NCBI GenBank assembly: GCA_013239625.1
Contig: MU053513.1
Coordinates: 578,370 to 642,369 of the forward strand
Length of the DNA: 64,000 nt
Direction: 5' to 3'
From: Lama guanicoe
Taxonomy: Eukaryota
The position numbers and the translations under genes were made by a program. The number at the start of each line of letters is the position of its first letter. Position 1 is the first letter of the stretch. This document shows, piece after piece, positions 37,730 through 51,085 of the stretch. The notes beneath the pieces were generated by a model. That model was not told the origin of the DNA and did no database searches. It saw nothing but the letters and a program-made list of their open reading frames with translations.

Positions 37730-38640
37730 TGTCTGGCCCACAGACACTCAAAACCCAAGATGTTCCAAATTGGACTCATTATCTCTCCACCCCCGCCCCC
37801 GCCGCTGCTCCTCCGTGTCCGCTTGCTCCCGTAATGGGGCCACTCTCCTCCCAGTCACACAGGCGAGCAAACTTCCGTCATCTTTGGCTCCGACCTCTCC
37901 CGACCCTTTAAATCTAATCAACCAAGTCCTCTCAAATTTATCTTTGAAATGTCTTTGGAATTTGTCCTCTGTGCTTCATCCTCACCATTCTTTCTGTGAT
38001 TCAGGCCCTCACTGTCAAATGCTCTAAATTATTCCAAGGACCTAGCTACGACGCTCCCAGGAACGGGTGTATCCTGTCTCCAGAACATCCTCCATACACT
38101 GCTCACATTATCCTTTGAAAACTCAGATATGAAGACACAGCTGCGTGGATGCTGGAAGACGTTTTTGGCAATAGCATTTAACAGACAATGAAATTGAAAT
38201 TCCTGAGCAAGGCACCGATTCCTTCACGTTTTTGCCCCATTGGTTATTTTTCCCCAGCACCTTACATTCTAGCCCAAATACACCGTTGACTATCTCCAAA
38301 TCTTCTATGTATTTCTCAGATAATTTCCTCTGAATGGGTAACCACTGTTATCTTCTACTCATTGGGAAGGCTGGAGTATTTTTCATCACAATTCATCTCC
38401 TCTGTGTCCTTGGGAAGAATGAATCATTTTTGCCACCCAGGTACCTATTAGTTTGCTTATCCTCTCTTATAATACTTCCCACAATCTGAAAATGAGTTAA
38501 AATTTGTCAGTCGTGTGTTAGTTAATTCCCCACAAGTAGGGAGCTCTTTGAATGCAGGGACCTTATCATTTTAATGGCTGTACGCTTTATATGGCCTTTT
38601 CCATAATAAAGGCATAATAAGTCCCAGTTACATATTTATT
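37730..38640 (+). mobile_element. L2 LINE fragment
   Basis: 'cacagacactcaaaacccaagatgttccaaattggactcattatc...ctcccagtcacacagg...' through the L2 tail 'gagctctttgaatgcagggacctt'. Confidence 0.75.
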
Positions 38641-39896
38641 ATTAAACCTTTTCAAATTGTTTTGCAAATTACTGTTGATGCTGTTCATATTGTATCATGA
38701 AAATAGCATTTTTCTTAGCAGCGTATCTGTGTGATGTATGGAAGAGATCAATACAAATCAAGGCTTAGGAGAAAATACCTCAGCCTTCTGACATGACACG
38801 GAATATTTTCCATCATACCTTTGCATTAGGATAATTCATACACTTTTAAAAAGCCAAAGGCGCATATATATGTTGCAAAAATATTATGTTTCCTCAAAAA
38901 CCTAATGAGCAATGATAGAGACAGATGGAGTTAAATTGGCTAATTTTCTGCCCAGCTGCCTAGATGAAATATAAAGATGCACTGACCCTCTGCTTCTGTA
39001 CGCTACACTGTTCAAATATTCAGTCTTCGTTAGTTAACCATTACGCCAAGGTTGAGTGGCCAGTATCTAGATGAGCAGACAGTGTTCACCTAGCTGTCCC
39101 CTTTGTTCTCAGTTTTTAATAGGAAGGAAGAGATTTCTAACAATAGAACAAACCCTTGCAACTCGCTTGCGTTCCTGAATATACAATAAGATCACTGTAA
39201 AGTGACAAAATCATATCACGTTTATTTGAAGTGATTCAAAAATAATAGATTTTTAAAATCACTTGTGCACTTTTTCCTGTCTAGACCTTCCCAATCTTTA
39301 AAACTCTTAGCTGCAAAAAAAGGTGCCAATTTGCCCTTTAAAAACTAGGCAGCCTCAAGATTCTTCTCATGTTAAAGCAAAATGGGAAATCATTTCCATT
39401 TCCATGGGTAAATCCAACCTCAAATCACAACTTCAACTCTCTATATGTTTTAATTTTGTGTGTGTGCCTATGCACATTTTGTGGAACTCCTTCCTAACCG
39501 TATTTTAAGTGGCAATCTTTTTTTTTTTATGAGAGAACTCTTTTTTCTCTCTGACTTGCTCCTAAAATCATCTTAAAAAGCCTGACCCTCCCAACCTCTC
39601 TGCTTTAATCAGTCATACTTACAGGCTGTCATTTAAGTTCTCTGAACTTTCCCTTCTCTTCTATGGAAGCCTTACCTGTCCCATGACCACATTGGCCTAT
39701 CTGCTCCCTCATTTGTCTGCAGTAGGATTAGAAAATTGTCACATTTACAGAATATTTTATGCACATGGTGATTTTAAATGTTTCTAATATGTATCATTAA
39801 AAGGTTTTACAGAAAACATCCCAGCATCTATGAAAAATCTGAATATCTAAGAACATGTATTCTACCAAACAATAGTCAACTGGAGCAGATGGGACA

Positions 39897-40532
39897 TGTA
39901 TCATCAGGGGTGAGTCAGGAGAGAGGAACCACACCAGTTAGTTGCACAGGAAAAATTTAATACAAAAAATATTAGCTGCTAACAAAGGATAAACTGCTAA
40001 GAGAAACCTAAAGGATACAGGAATAGCATCTATATGAAACAACCATTATCCTCGGGCTGAAGCAGAGTACTCAGGGAAGAAACAAATGTGGAAAAAAGCA
40101 CCCTTAGCTCCTCCCGCCCTTGATTTTTCGTTGGGGAGGATGTGACCATGGCATACTGTGTGGGGAAGAAGTTTGCTGAAGTGCCAGGAAAAGGGCTAGA
40201 AACAGAAAACCACCTGCTGGACTGCTGGCAAAACTCACTAGAAAGCCGCCCACTGGGGAGCCAGAAAAAACTTGCTGGAGAATAAGTTCTACTGAGTTCC
40301 TGCATACTGCTGGCTGTCACACACTGCAGAAGCAAGGAGGACAATCACACACTAGAAACTGAAAGAGATGCCTTTTCCTCGCTGCAATGTCCCTTCACGG
40401 CCCCCTCTCATAAGGTTTAGCATCATGCCAGTTGGCAAAAGAGACGTTAATACCGGAAACAGCCTCTATATTCTTAGACAGAGCAAAGAAGTGTGAATTT
40501 AGAGCTCAGAGACAATAAATTGGTTCTGGCAC
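39897..40532 (-). mobile_element. ERVL-class solo LTR (LTR33/40/41-like)
   Basis: Bounded by 'tgtatcatcagggg...gtcaggagagaggaaccacac' and 'gaatttagagctcagagacaataaattggttctggcaca', with TG...CA termini. Confidence 0.7.
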
Positions 40533-43500
40533 ATAGCACATACTCTGACCATAATTGCTTCTCGGACTCCTGCAGGCATTTCAGTTGACAGCCCATAATC
40601 CAAGATACTAGTAGCTCACATAGTATGAGTTTTATGTCCCAAAGAAAGAGTTTTAGAAATCGGAGGCACTGAGACTCAAACACATAGAAATACGAACACT
40701 GCCGACACATGGAACTGTATCTAAGACAAGGCAAAAATAGGATAGAAAACATGAAGCCACAGTATATTTGCCTAAAACGTGTGACTTTACTTTTGCCTGT
40801 TGAGATACCTAATGTGAAATAATTATATTAAAACGAGTCTTTACGATTTGACCACAGTTCTGTGTCAGCCACAAGGACATCACTATCTATTTTTGACATA
40901 CTTGGATATTTCTCCAAGAAGTTTTTGAAACTGGAAATTGTTTTGTTTGTCTTAAAAGTTGTGTTCAGTACCTTAATCAAAAAGATGTGTTTCATCTTTA
41001 TGTCGATTTGCTGTTCTGCTGCTGTGCCATCTACTCCCAAATCTTATCAAACGCTCCCTGGCACTGGTAAGGTGTGTGAAATGAAAGCAAGAGATTCTGA
41101 TACTGCCTTCTCTTTCCTTGGATTCTTTGGATGAAAGCAGACACCAATTAAAATTGGTATTTAAAAAGAATAACTGATTTTTTTTAGAGCTGCTTTTGAC
41201 CTTCAAGAAAATGAAATGTGAAGTCTTTGAAAATATTCTAAGGAGAAGGCTTAGAACTTTTGTCTCTGGCTTCTAACCATTGTTTACAGCCTTTTGAACC
41301 TTGGCAAGCAATGAGCCTGTTTATTCTATGAATTCAGAAAAGTGAACTGGGTTGATTTTCCATAGATATTAACTTTTGCCTGTGCCTCTGGAGGGTCTTG
41401 CAGGTACTGATAACAACTTGGCAAGACATCTGTCATTTATACAGGAGCAAGTCAAAATAATACCAGGGTATCATACTCCTGTAAAGAGAACTGGAATCCC
41501 CCAGGACTGTAACTAGGAAGCACATCCCACAGCCAGAGTCAATACTGACCTCTGCCTGCTTGTGACAGGTTCAGCGTGTGAAAGGAGAGTTTTAACCAAC
41601 TAAACATACCAGGTGCACGAATTTCTGCCCAAGAGTTAATGAACAAACGTATTTATTTCTCTTGCGTTCCCTAAATTGGGTTGACAAATACTAGATGAGT
41701 TCCTTCTGAAAATAATATTTATCTATATTTTATATATGGTATAAATGTAAAATAATACATATTTTTGTTCAGTTTTGTTTTTCTTTTACACACACGCACT
41801 AGTATAAGGAATGACTTTTGCTGAGTATCACCTTATCAACTTTGAAAGATGAAACAGTGAAACACTGAAAACTTTAAGTACCTAGAAGAATCTCTATTTT
41901 ATCTCTGTTCTCAGCGTAAGTGTGCTCTTAAACTACATAATTTCAGTATCCCCACATGAAAGAAAGTGGGTATAATAAGGGCATTATCTCTTGTGAAAGG
42001 GAAATAATTTATGTAGCTATAAGAAATATACTCTGCAATATTCTCTACATGCTATTGGGAACTTCGTATTTTTCAGAACAGAATCAGGAGTATAAAAATA
42101 CAGCTAAACTTCAAAAGCCTTTGTGACAACATGACGTGTATTGTACAACCTCCCTTGATCTCCCATGAATAAAGAATAATTTCTGCAAACCTTAGAGGTG
42201 AGAGCTTCAAGGTTTAAATGTTGAGACTGTTCATTTTAATGAAAACTCTGAAAAAAACCAAGGTAGCGTTGGGGTTGATGGAAGATTTGGCTTTATTTTG
42301 CACTCAGCTACTGGAGTCATAGATTCTTGCCAATGGGTAAAGAGCACCTCTCAGATATTTATTTAGTTAAAACATTCTATGCATTATTTGACTCATTTAT
42401 TAAGTATGTTGGAAGGTCTCTGAGGCTGCATATGACATTTTAAAAGCGATTGTTAGAGTAATAGTATCAATGGAAATTCAGTAATTGATTGAAGGAAGCC
42501 ACAGTGTAATATCCCTGAATCTCTTCAGTGAGTTTCTTTGAGGACTTGTAAATCTCCCTTTATATAAGTAAACTACTTGCATTAACTTATAAAGAGAAAT
42601 GTCTGGCTGGCATCTCTTTTAAAAAAGTTGTATGAATGGCAAATTTGGATGCTGTTGTAAATTGGGGTCAGGTACTCAGACAGATAGTGAAATGTATAGT
42701 ATCATTTTATATTTACTTGAGATTGTAAGAATTACTGAAAATAAAAAAAGGAGAGAAAGAGAAATCAAGTGATGCTATAGAAATACGGTTTCTGGTACTC
42801 AGGCTTCTTACTACTGATTTGTTATTTATTTTTCTTTTTCTTACCTTCAATTATTTGACATCCAATTTCCTCTACATAAAATGCATAAACATTAAGAGAT
42901 GGGTCAAAAGTGTTACAATTCGGATGTAGGGTAGCCACTTGATTTTATAATCCAGTTCTGTAATGATCAAATTTAAACAGATATTTGGAAAACGTGATAA
43001 AATAGAAAATGTATTTTCTGATTTCAACATTCATGGATATCCAGTTAATATTCAAATTCTTTTCCAACTATAGCTGTTAGTTAATGAGTCCTGTTTACAA
43101 TGTTAAAAAGGATATAATAAGTAGTAGTATAAAATGAAAGTCATTACACATTACTTAGCATAGAAATTATTTAGCATAGAAACTCCATAGAAATGGAGTT
43201 AATTCTGTATGCAACTTAGAAATACATTTCTTTTAGTATCTGTTATAAATCGTGATGTTCAAAATCCTAAACTGAGCAAGTAAACTACATTTTTTTTCTC
43301 AAGATCTCCTGTACTATTGATTTTTAGTAGATAATCTTAAAGGAGACTCCCTATAACAGGCAGACAGTGAAAATGGAGAGCAGATCAATTTAAAAAAACA
43401 ATGTGAGCTTGGCTATGAAAATCAAATATTTAATAATTTTGCTCTTTGAGGAGCTCTTAGACTGCTATCTAGGTGGCTTTTCTATGTGCCCATCAGGCAG

Positions 43501-43959
43501 GTAAGGATTGAGCTGTGTGCTTTCTGGTGTGTTAGTGAGTAAATATTCCCTCGCAGATCTGTGAATCTTGCGCTTTCTATATATTTTACTTGAAATGTTA
43601 GGGTAGGTTCCACCATGATGGGCCTGAATTATTATTTAGAGTGATCTAACAAACCCTCATCTCCAGAATGTTTCATTTTAGTAACCTGTAATGTTGTGTC
43701 TAAGCCATAATGCATGCTCACAAATGAAACAAAAAATAGACATTTCAAACCAGTTATTTCCCATTTTTACTATTCTTCATTGGTGCTTCTCAAATTTCTT
43801 AAAAAAGAGGCACTTTCAGATATGAATGATTTTAAAAACTTTGCTTAGTTGTTTCTACATCAAAATGATTAAACTAATCAGTGAACACTCAAATTCCACA
43901 ATACATTTTTTTAATGCTTTGTATATTGAGAGTCATCTAGTAAGTCTGAAACAGGATGC

Positions 43960-44428
43960 TGAGTCTTCTGTTGTACTCACAACATTTTTGTCCCCCCTCC
44001 TATGTTCCTCCATCTAACTTAGAGGCAGGAGAGCAATGTTTCCCAGGCTCCTTTGCCATCTGGTTCCGTTTCAGTTCATCTGTGAGAGGCAGTGAGTGAC
44101 GTTAAGAGGGTAGAAAAGAATGAAAAGTCGTATTTGTCCTGACAATCGCAGTTAGGCAGAGAGCTTGTAGCAGAAGACTTCCTGTAGTGTCACAAGAAAT
44201 TTTCTGATTTATTTCATCCTTTTCAGTTCTGCAAGTTGCTGAGATTATTGGTGAAGGTTCCTTATTGTATTATCTGATTTTCTGAACTTTAAAAGTGTTT
44301 TCCATGATCTTTGCTTTTCCAGTCATTCTGATAGCGTCATTAACTTCTATTGCCCTGTATTTAATTCCTTCCAGCATGAAACACCTAGGAAGATTTCTGT
44401 TTTCCTGACAAAATCCCAACTTAAACAA
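43960..44428 (+). mobile_element. ERVL-class LTR fragment (LTR33/40-like)
   Basis: 'tttcccaggctcctttgcc...' and a 3' end 'gtatttaattcctt...gaaacacctagg...tttctgttttcctgac...aaca'. Confidence 0.55.
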
Positions 44429-44749
44429 CTGTCTTCAAGTAAAAATAATTCTGTAGTTATTAGATAATTTTAGAATGATATGACTAACGAACTATTTTCT
44501 CTACCCCATGTCTCTATCAACCTATAATATTTTTAAAAAACCTATCCAAATTACTTGGAAGATAAGATCACACACATACAGTAGGCCACTCAGAACACTA
44601 CATCCATGTGAAAGACTGAAACCAGGAGGTCTAGAAAACTCAACCAAAAGAGCATAATTTAAAGTTATACCAGAATCTGACAGTAATTAAAGCAATCTCG
44701 TTGTTAGAGCAATCTCATAGTTAGAGCTGATCATCCAAATTTATAAAAA

Positions 44750-46530
44750 CAAAACAAGAAAAAGGCCTGGGGGTCAGCAGAAGGAAATAAAAGGCAATGT
44801 AATAGCAACAAAAACTTGAGACACTGAAATATCAGTTAAATGGTATACAATAGACTTTATTAAATTGCTTATAAAATAAAAAAGAACAGAAAACATCAAA
44901 ATGCATAATATTTAAAAGTTGAAAGTTAAACAGAATTTATAGAAATAAACAGATAAAAATCAAAATGAAAGCCTCAATGACATATTGAACCACAGATTGA
45001 ATTCAGATACCTTAAGCGAGAACTAGTGAAGTTCATAAGAGTAGTAAAGAATATATCTAGGCTGAAACAGAAATGAATAGATGGAGACTATGGAAGGAGT
45101 TAAGAGACACAAGCATAGAATAATGAGGTCCAGTATATGTCTAACTGAAATATGACCAAAGGCACACCAGAGATAATGAAGGACCACAGGTATACCCAAG
45201 ATTCCTGACAAATCCCAACCCAGATAACTGATAAAAGAATTGTTCTTCCTCAGTCTGAAGAACACCAAAGACAAAAAGATGATCTTGCTCTTAAAAGAAA
45301 GAAGAAATAAGATATCTAAAAAATAATAAATTAGAACGAGAGCATAATTTCTCAAAACTAACAGTGGAAGCCAGGATAGTGTTGGATGACCATTTTAAAG
45401 GACCATTTTTAAAGCTGAGGATAAAAAAAGCTCAACCTGGAATTTAATATCCAATTAAGTTAACATATTAGAATTTAGGTGAAATAAGTAATTTTAAGAA
45501 TTAAACAAACTGAAACATTTACCATTCCAGACCCTCAATTAGGAAATCTCTAAATGACGTACATCAGAAAGAAGGAGAATCCCAGAAGGACAATTTCAAA
45601 TGCAAAAAGTATGAGTAAAGGAGTTGGTAAGCAGGTTAGTAAAAGTAAACTAAAATGTATTCTATAAACAATAATAAGAATATCTAGTTTGGAAAATAAT
45701 TTTTTCAAAAACATTAAAATTAAAATGCTGAACAATAATATGCACAAGACAGAAAAGAATGATCAGATCTCCTAAGACCACTTAGAGATGTTTATTCATT
45801 TAGATGTATGAAGGCAAAAATGCTCATCAGAATAGCAAGGGAAGCCAATGAAAGAACTGACCGAAAAATGAAGTGCGTACATTTCAAAGCATCAGGGGAA
45901 ACACAGAATTAACAAAAGTATGAAAGGAGAAAGATGAAAGCATAGAAAATGTGAAACAAGTAGAATACACCAAATTAGATGGTAGACCAAGCAAGTAAAT
46001 TAGTAATGATGATAAAGTATAAATAGATTAAACACACTTGTACAAGGCTAGTCAGAATAAATTTTTAGAATCTTGTTATATGATCTTTACAAGAGATACA
46101 TGTAAAATATAAGCACCCAGGAAAACTGAAACACCAAGTGAATGGGAAAGTGATACCGGGGCAACACTCAGCGAGAGAAAGATGACACGGCTCTGTCAGT
46201 ATCAGATGTATTAGACTTAAAGGCAAAAAAAAAAAAAATGCCTGAAGAAAAGCAAGGCCATGGCGCAATGACTCCAAATATGTCACAGAAAAAAGACAGA
46301 AGCACAGAAAGAATTTGACAAGTACACCAGCAAAGTGGGCACATTTTAAAACATATTTTCATAATTAGTAGATCAAATAGCCAAGTTTAATAAAAATCAA
46401 GATTTAAACAATACAATTTATAAACACAACTTAGCAGATGCCCACACAGAATTTTGCACTGAAGAATAAAATCAAACACATTTTCTCAGACACACCAAAC
46501 ATTTATAAAAATGGACAAAATACTGGTCTT
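44750..46530 (+). mobile_element. Ancient, degenerate L1M fragment (ORF1 to ORF2 endonuclease region)
   Basis: A-rich strand with L1M motifs: 'agaataatgaggtccagtatatgtctaa', 'acagtggaagccagg', 'caacctggaatttaatatcca', 'atcagatgtattagacttaaaggc', 'acatttataaaaatggac'. Confidence 0.7.
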
Positions 46531-46744
46531 AACTAATTAGTATTGTATTGCATATCTTAGATCATAAGGTTATACAGGCCTGGGACACATGTACATAGTG
46601 TTAGAAATGAAAATGATATTTTCAAAAATACATTTGAAGATGGAATAAATGAATAAATAAATGTTGCTGCCTACCATCAGTGTTTAACTTACCAATATTT
46701 TTATTATGTGTGCTTATTTATGTTGTCTTCTGTGGGGCATGGGT

Positions 46745-46875
46745 AGCCTCCTTTAATCCTCTAATGTTGAGGTCTCTACATGAAGGTCAGGTCGCTGTAT
46801 TTACTTGCCTGGAAATGACTTAGAGCAATGCACCTCGTACCTCACAGGCACTCAGGAGCTATTTGTGACTGATCA
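46745..46875 (+). mobile_element. L2 3' end fragment
   Basis: 'tctacatgaaggtcagg...cttagagcaatgc...caggcactcagg...atttgtgactga'. Confidence 0.5.
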
Positions 46876-47119
46876 GAAGGCAAAGGAAACACAAGTAGCC
46901 TGGGACGAGCGAGGCCAAAGACTAAATCTTTTTCACGTTAAGATCTTTGACTGTACCCCAGGCCACTATGTCTATTTCTTACATTCAAAATGTCGAAAAG
47001 ATGCATCATTACTTTCCCCTTCAAGTCCCTTCCTCCCCTGCTTTTTTTCTTCCCTTCTGTCTGTTACTAGAACAGAAAACTCCCAGGGAAACTGCCCATC
47101 GACTTAGAAACTGGAGAGA

Positions 47120-47360
47120 GTCTTCATACACCTTTAAAATTTTCACCACCATTTAAATCTCCGCTATTTAGATATAACCTCTCACCATTTCTTATCTTGA
47201 TTACTGCAGCAGCAGGCTCATCATTCTTTCTGTTTCTAGTTCTGTTCTCTTCTAATACTTTATTGTACAACCAAAATAATCTTTCAGAAATACGAATCAA
47301 AGTATGATATACTTCTTTGGAAATATTTCTTTTAAATTCTCATTACTTACAAGATACATT
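47120..47360 (+). mobile_element. L2 fragment
   Basis: 'caccatttcttatcttgattactgcagcagc...caaccaaaataatctttcagaaatacgaatc'. Confidence 0.55.
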
Positions 47361-47542
47361 TTACCTCAATTTATTCAGTTGCAGACACCATTAGACTTCA
47401 AAGAATTGCTAGTCCAATAGGCAAGAATAGTACAATCATAAATAAATAAAAAATAATAGTTGCTTTAATTCCTACTGTGTTTTTGAGGAAAGCCTTCATG
47501 CCAGTGTTTCTCAAATTCATTTCCTTTTTAAAACCATTTCTA

Positions 47543-47680
47543 GGTGTGGAGGCTATAGCTCAGTGGTAGTGTGTGTGCTTAGCATGAGGTCCTGGTTCAA
47601 TCCCCAGTACCTCTGTTAAAATAAATGAATAAATAAATAAACCTAATTACCTCCCCCTCCCCCCCAAAAAGCCCCCAATA
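47543..47680 (+). mobile_element. tRNA-derived SINE (camelid Vic-1-like) with TSD
   Basis: 'ggaggctatagctcagtggtag...gcttagcatgaggtcctggttcaatccccagtacctc...aaacctaattacctcccc'. Flanks are 'aaaccatttc' (47531-47540) and 'aatccatttc' (47681-47690). Confidence 0.88.
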
Positions 47681-47964
47681 AATCCATTTCCTCTTTAAAA
47701 CAACAAACAAACAAAAACGTTGACACCCAGCTTCCCCACCTCCCCTTTGAGGAGATGCCGACACTGAGTTGAGATAATATTTTTTGAATTTTACTCTGGT
47801 ATTTATACCATAAGAATAAACATTTTTTCATATTTTGAATGTAAAATTCAAGTATAATAATTAATCAGGTTATAGTCACCCACATGGACACATAATTTAA
47901 AAAATTTGCTCCATGAAGTAGAGCCCAGAGTTTCACCATGGCCTTTGGTAAATACAACATAAAT

Positions 47965-48110
47965 TGAAGTCCTGGTCTGCTTCTCGGTGAGGATTTGAAA
48001 CTAAGCAAATCACTTAGCATCAGTCATCTCAGTTTCTGCATCTGTGAAAAGGAAGTGAGTAGACCTAATATCTAGGGTTGTAAAAACCTAATGAAATATC
48101 TTAAGTTACC
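47965..48110 (+). mobile_element. MIR
   Basis: 'aagcaaatcacttagcatc...ctcagtttctgcatctgtgaaa...agggttgt'. Confidence 0.65.
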
Positions 48111-48349
48111 CAGTACGTCTTACATTAAATAAATGGCAGCTTTTGTTTTCCTAGAAGCAGGATTATTTGCTTCTTAAAGAGGAAGTAAGAAAGGAAAAGG
48201 TTATAGGCAAATGCCTTAATGTAAGGTTAAAATCCCCTTCTATTGAAAGTTCCTGACTCTAATTCACTAACTTTGTCTACCAGCAATATTAACATGTATA
48301 TTCCTTTCCAGGGTTTTTCATTTTTAGAGGGAAAGAAAATATGAAACAC

Positions 48350-48545
48350 TAACAACTGTTGTGTATAAAATTTGAGCCACTTCCTTAATATGCTTTACTT
48401 AATTTGTCCTAAAATAGTTTGGAGTAGGAATGAGGTTTTATGTCTTCCTTTGACAGATAGGAAAACTAGGATTCAGCAAGTTTACACAATCTGTGGGTTT
48501 CCACAATGAGTAAAATTGAACCCAGTCTCTGTGACTGAAGGCCTT
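48350..48545 (-). mobile_element. MIR
   Basis: 'tttgacagataggaaaactaggattcag...attgaacccagtctctgtgact'. Confidence 0.6.
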
Positions 48546-48699
48546 TGCCATTTGTTCTGTCCTTTCCCAGAGAAATAATGGAACGGATACCACTGCTAGA
48601 CCTGAGTGGGTCTGAACAGGGCGGCATTAGGGGAGTAGCGCTCAGAGCCCCGCCTCTGGCTTACTGCGGGCGGGGATGCTGTGCCGCCGTTCCCGGCTG

Positions 48700-48990
48700 G
48701 CTAGTGTTCCTCTTTTCCAGGTTCAACATAAAAGTCCCTCCCTCTGGAAAGCCTCCCATTACCCCGGCTCCCAACCCCAGCTTCATGAAGACACGGTTCA
48801 ACTCTGCTTTACACTGGCTCTTCATCTTTCCTAATTAGCACTTTCTACAATTCAACTACTCTTTTAATAATTATTTGTGTAATATTTATATCACCCACCA
48901 GATTATAAAATCCATGATAGAAGAGAGTGTATCTATCTTACTTGCCACTGTATCCTTATTGTCTGACATGTGCTGTATATACTTGTGACT
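48700..48990 (+). mobile_element. L2 3' fragment
   Basis: 'tcctctggaaagcctccc...tagcactt...ccagattataaaatccatga...cactgtatcc'. Confidence 0.6.
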
Positions 48991-49817
48991 TAAATATACA
49001 TATAGATAGATAGTTACATATACTTTTAAAATTGTGCATTTTTTAATTATGGGGAACTATTTGGGCACCAGTGCCCTCTAGTAATAGCTTAGCTATACAT
49101 AGATTCTATGAAACAGGTGAAAGAAAATAAACACCAAGGACTCATGTCCCCTAGTCAATCGACAGACTTCATTTAGGAGTGTTTTAAAAGTACTGAATTT
49201 TTTTCATGTTATTGATGCTATTAATGGGTTGAGAGTTAATTAAGTTCTATTTTCTTTCTTCTCAAGGTTTGATTTCAGACAGCTACAAAGCAATGATATC
49301 ATCAGATTCAATGTTATCTGTCTCATTGATCTGCAAAAGACAAAACACATTGACTACCTACCACTTAACTGATGAGGAAAAAAATGAGCAAAACTTAAAA
49401 CTTCATTATTATCTGTCTTAGGAAGAAATCGCTTATTGATCTCCAAACACATTTAAGAATTTAGCACATGGGAACACATGGACAAGGCACATGGCATGAT
49501 ACTTTTTTGAAATATTCAAACACCCATGTTTAAATTTTTAAGAGTATGGCATTGTCTCTGATATAGCTCCTAGCTACCTATATTAGTGAGTGAACTTTAG
49601 GTTGTATATACTTTTACCTCCATATTATTTGGAAAAAAAAAACATAACTAGTGAAATCTTGTCACAGTGGGTTAAGTACCAGCCCAGGAAATCAGCCTAT
49701 GATAGACTACTGTGTGTCTTCAGGCAAGTTCTTGACTTGGGCATTAGATTTATTTTCTATGAAATGAAGCATATTGGCTTCTTAGGAAAAACACTTAAAG
49801 AGTGCTGGAGGTCTAGT

Positions 49818-50110
49818 TCAAAAGTTGAAAACTGGCAGCCTTTGGGCCAAATCCAGCCTGCAAATGTGTTTTGTTTGAACTGCACAGTATTTAAAACATT
49901 TTTTTTAAATAGCTGCCCAAAAAAGGAGATGGGAGAGAATTGCTTATAAGAGTCTGGATTTAAGACTTTTTGTGAAAACTCAAAAGACGTGGCAACACCG
50001 AGCCAGCAGTCATACGGGTACATCAGCTGGAACTGAAGCTCTGACCCATTTAGATGGGTCATTGGCCACTGTCTCTTCCAATCTCTAGCTGCCTCCTAAT
50101 ACCAAACCCA
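49818..50110 (+). mobile_element. hAT-Charlie element (MER102-like)
   Basis: 'ggcagcctttgggccaaatccagcctgcaaatgtgttttgttt...tctggattt...gacgtggcaacacc...cagctggaactga...tttagatggg'. Confidence 0.7.
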
Positions 50111-50911
50111 AGCTTCAGGTAGCAATCTTCAAACTACTTTTTCCTTTTTTTCTATTGCTTTTCTTAAAAAAAAAATCCTTACTGTTAAACCATTTACATT
50201 GGTTACATTTCCCCTTTCTACCCCTGCTTTAATTACAGGACTAAATACTGTAGTACAATTGAATCTTGCTGGAAGCTTACGATTCCACTGACAGAAAAAA
50301 ATGAAGTCTTCTTCGGCGTAGGTTGTAAACACATGTCCCAATACAGCATCACCGCTTTGTGTATACTCCCAACACCTTGAGGCACAGAGCTCCCACGCCT
50401 GCTTTCCTGACTTCCCCTGATATCTGTTTATTCCTCCTGCAGTGTCCCTGACGGGTCTTACCTCTTCATCCAAACCCTTCTGTTCTGGACCCCAGGATAG
50501 GGTTCCCAGTCAAATGATTTACAAAGCGCTTTTAACTTTGGTAACGACCTTCACAATAAACATTCATGTTTTCCACTTAACAAAATCAACAGTAGAGCAG
50601 CTTCGAGTTTAAAGCTGCAGGAAAATGCTGCCTTCTCAACATGACAGAGTGACTCTGAAGCCGAGAATTGTTGAGCTTTTAGTGACTGAGAGAGTTTCCC
50701 GGGTGCCTCGAAGCACACGATGGAGGTTCATCCTTCTTCTATCTAGAAGCAGGGTTTCTTGTGTCTGGAAACTAAAATGGAAAAGTGAGGGGAAATGTGC
50801 TGCTTGGAACATCCATATCATTGAGATACGTTGCATCTGAGTGCCCGGAATTATCTGGAGAAAGGAGTCCGTTGCCTTCATCTGTGTATACGCTGCTTTG
50901 TAGTACGACTG

Positions 50912-51085
50912 AACTATTAGACGTGAAAGAGACACCTTGGGTATCTTATGGCCAAGCCTCAAATTTTATAGATGAGGTAACTGGGGTTCACAGAGGTTAA
51001 GTGCTTCGCTGACAATCGCTTATTCTTGCAGAAACCAAGGTCCTGACTTCCCGCCTTGTGTTCGTTACATTATGCTACACCGCTC
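50912..51085 (-). mobile_element. MIR
   Basis: 'attttatagatgaggtaactggggttcacagaggttaagtg...tcctgacttcc'. Confidence 0.7.

Noticed and set aside
39229..39264. Short imperfect hairpin (aagtgatt...aatcactt), with similar ones near 36813 and 41430
   Set aside because: Stems are short and expected by chance; they do not look like pre-miRNAs.
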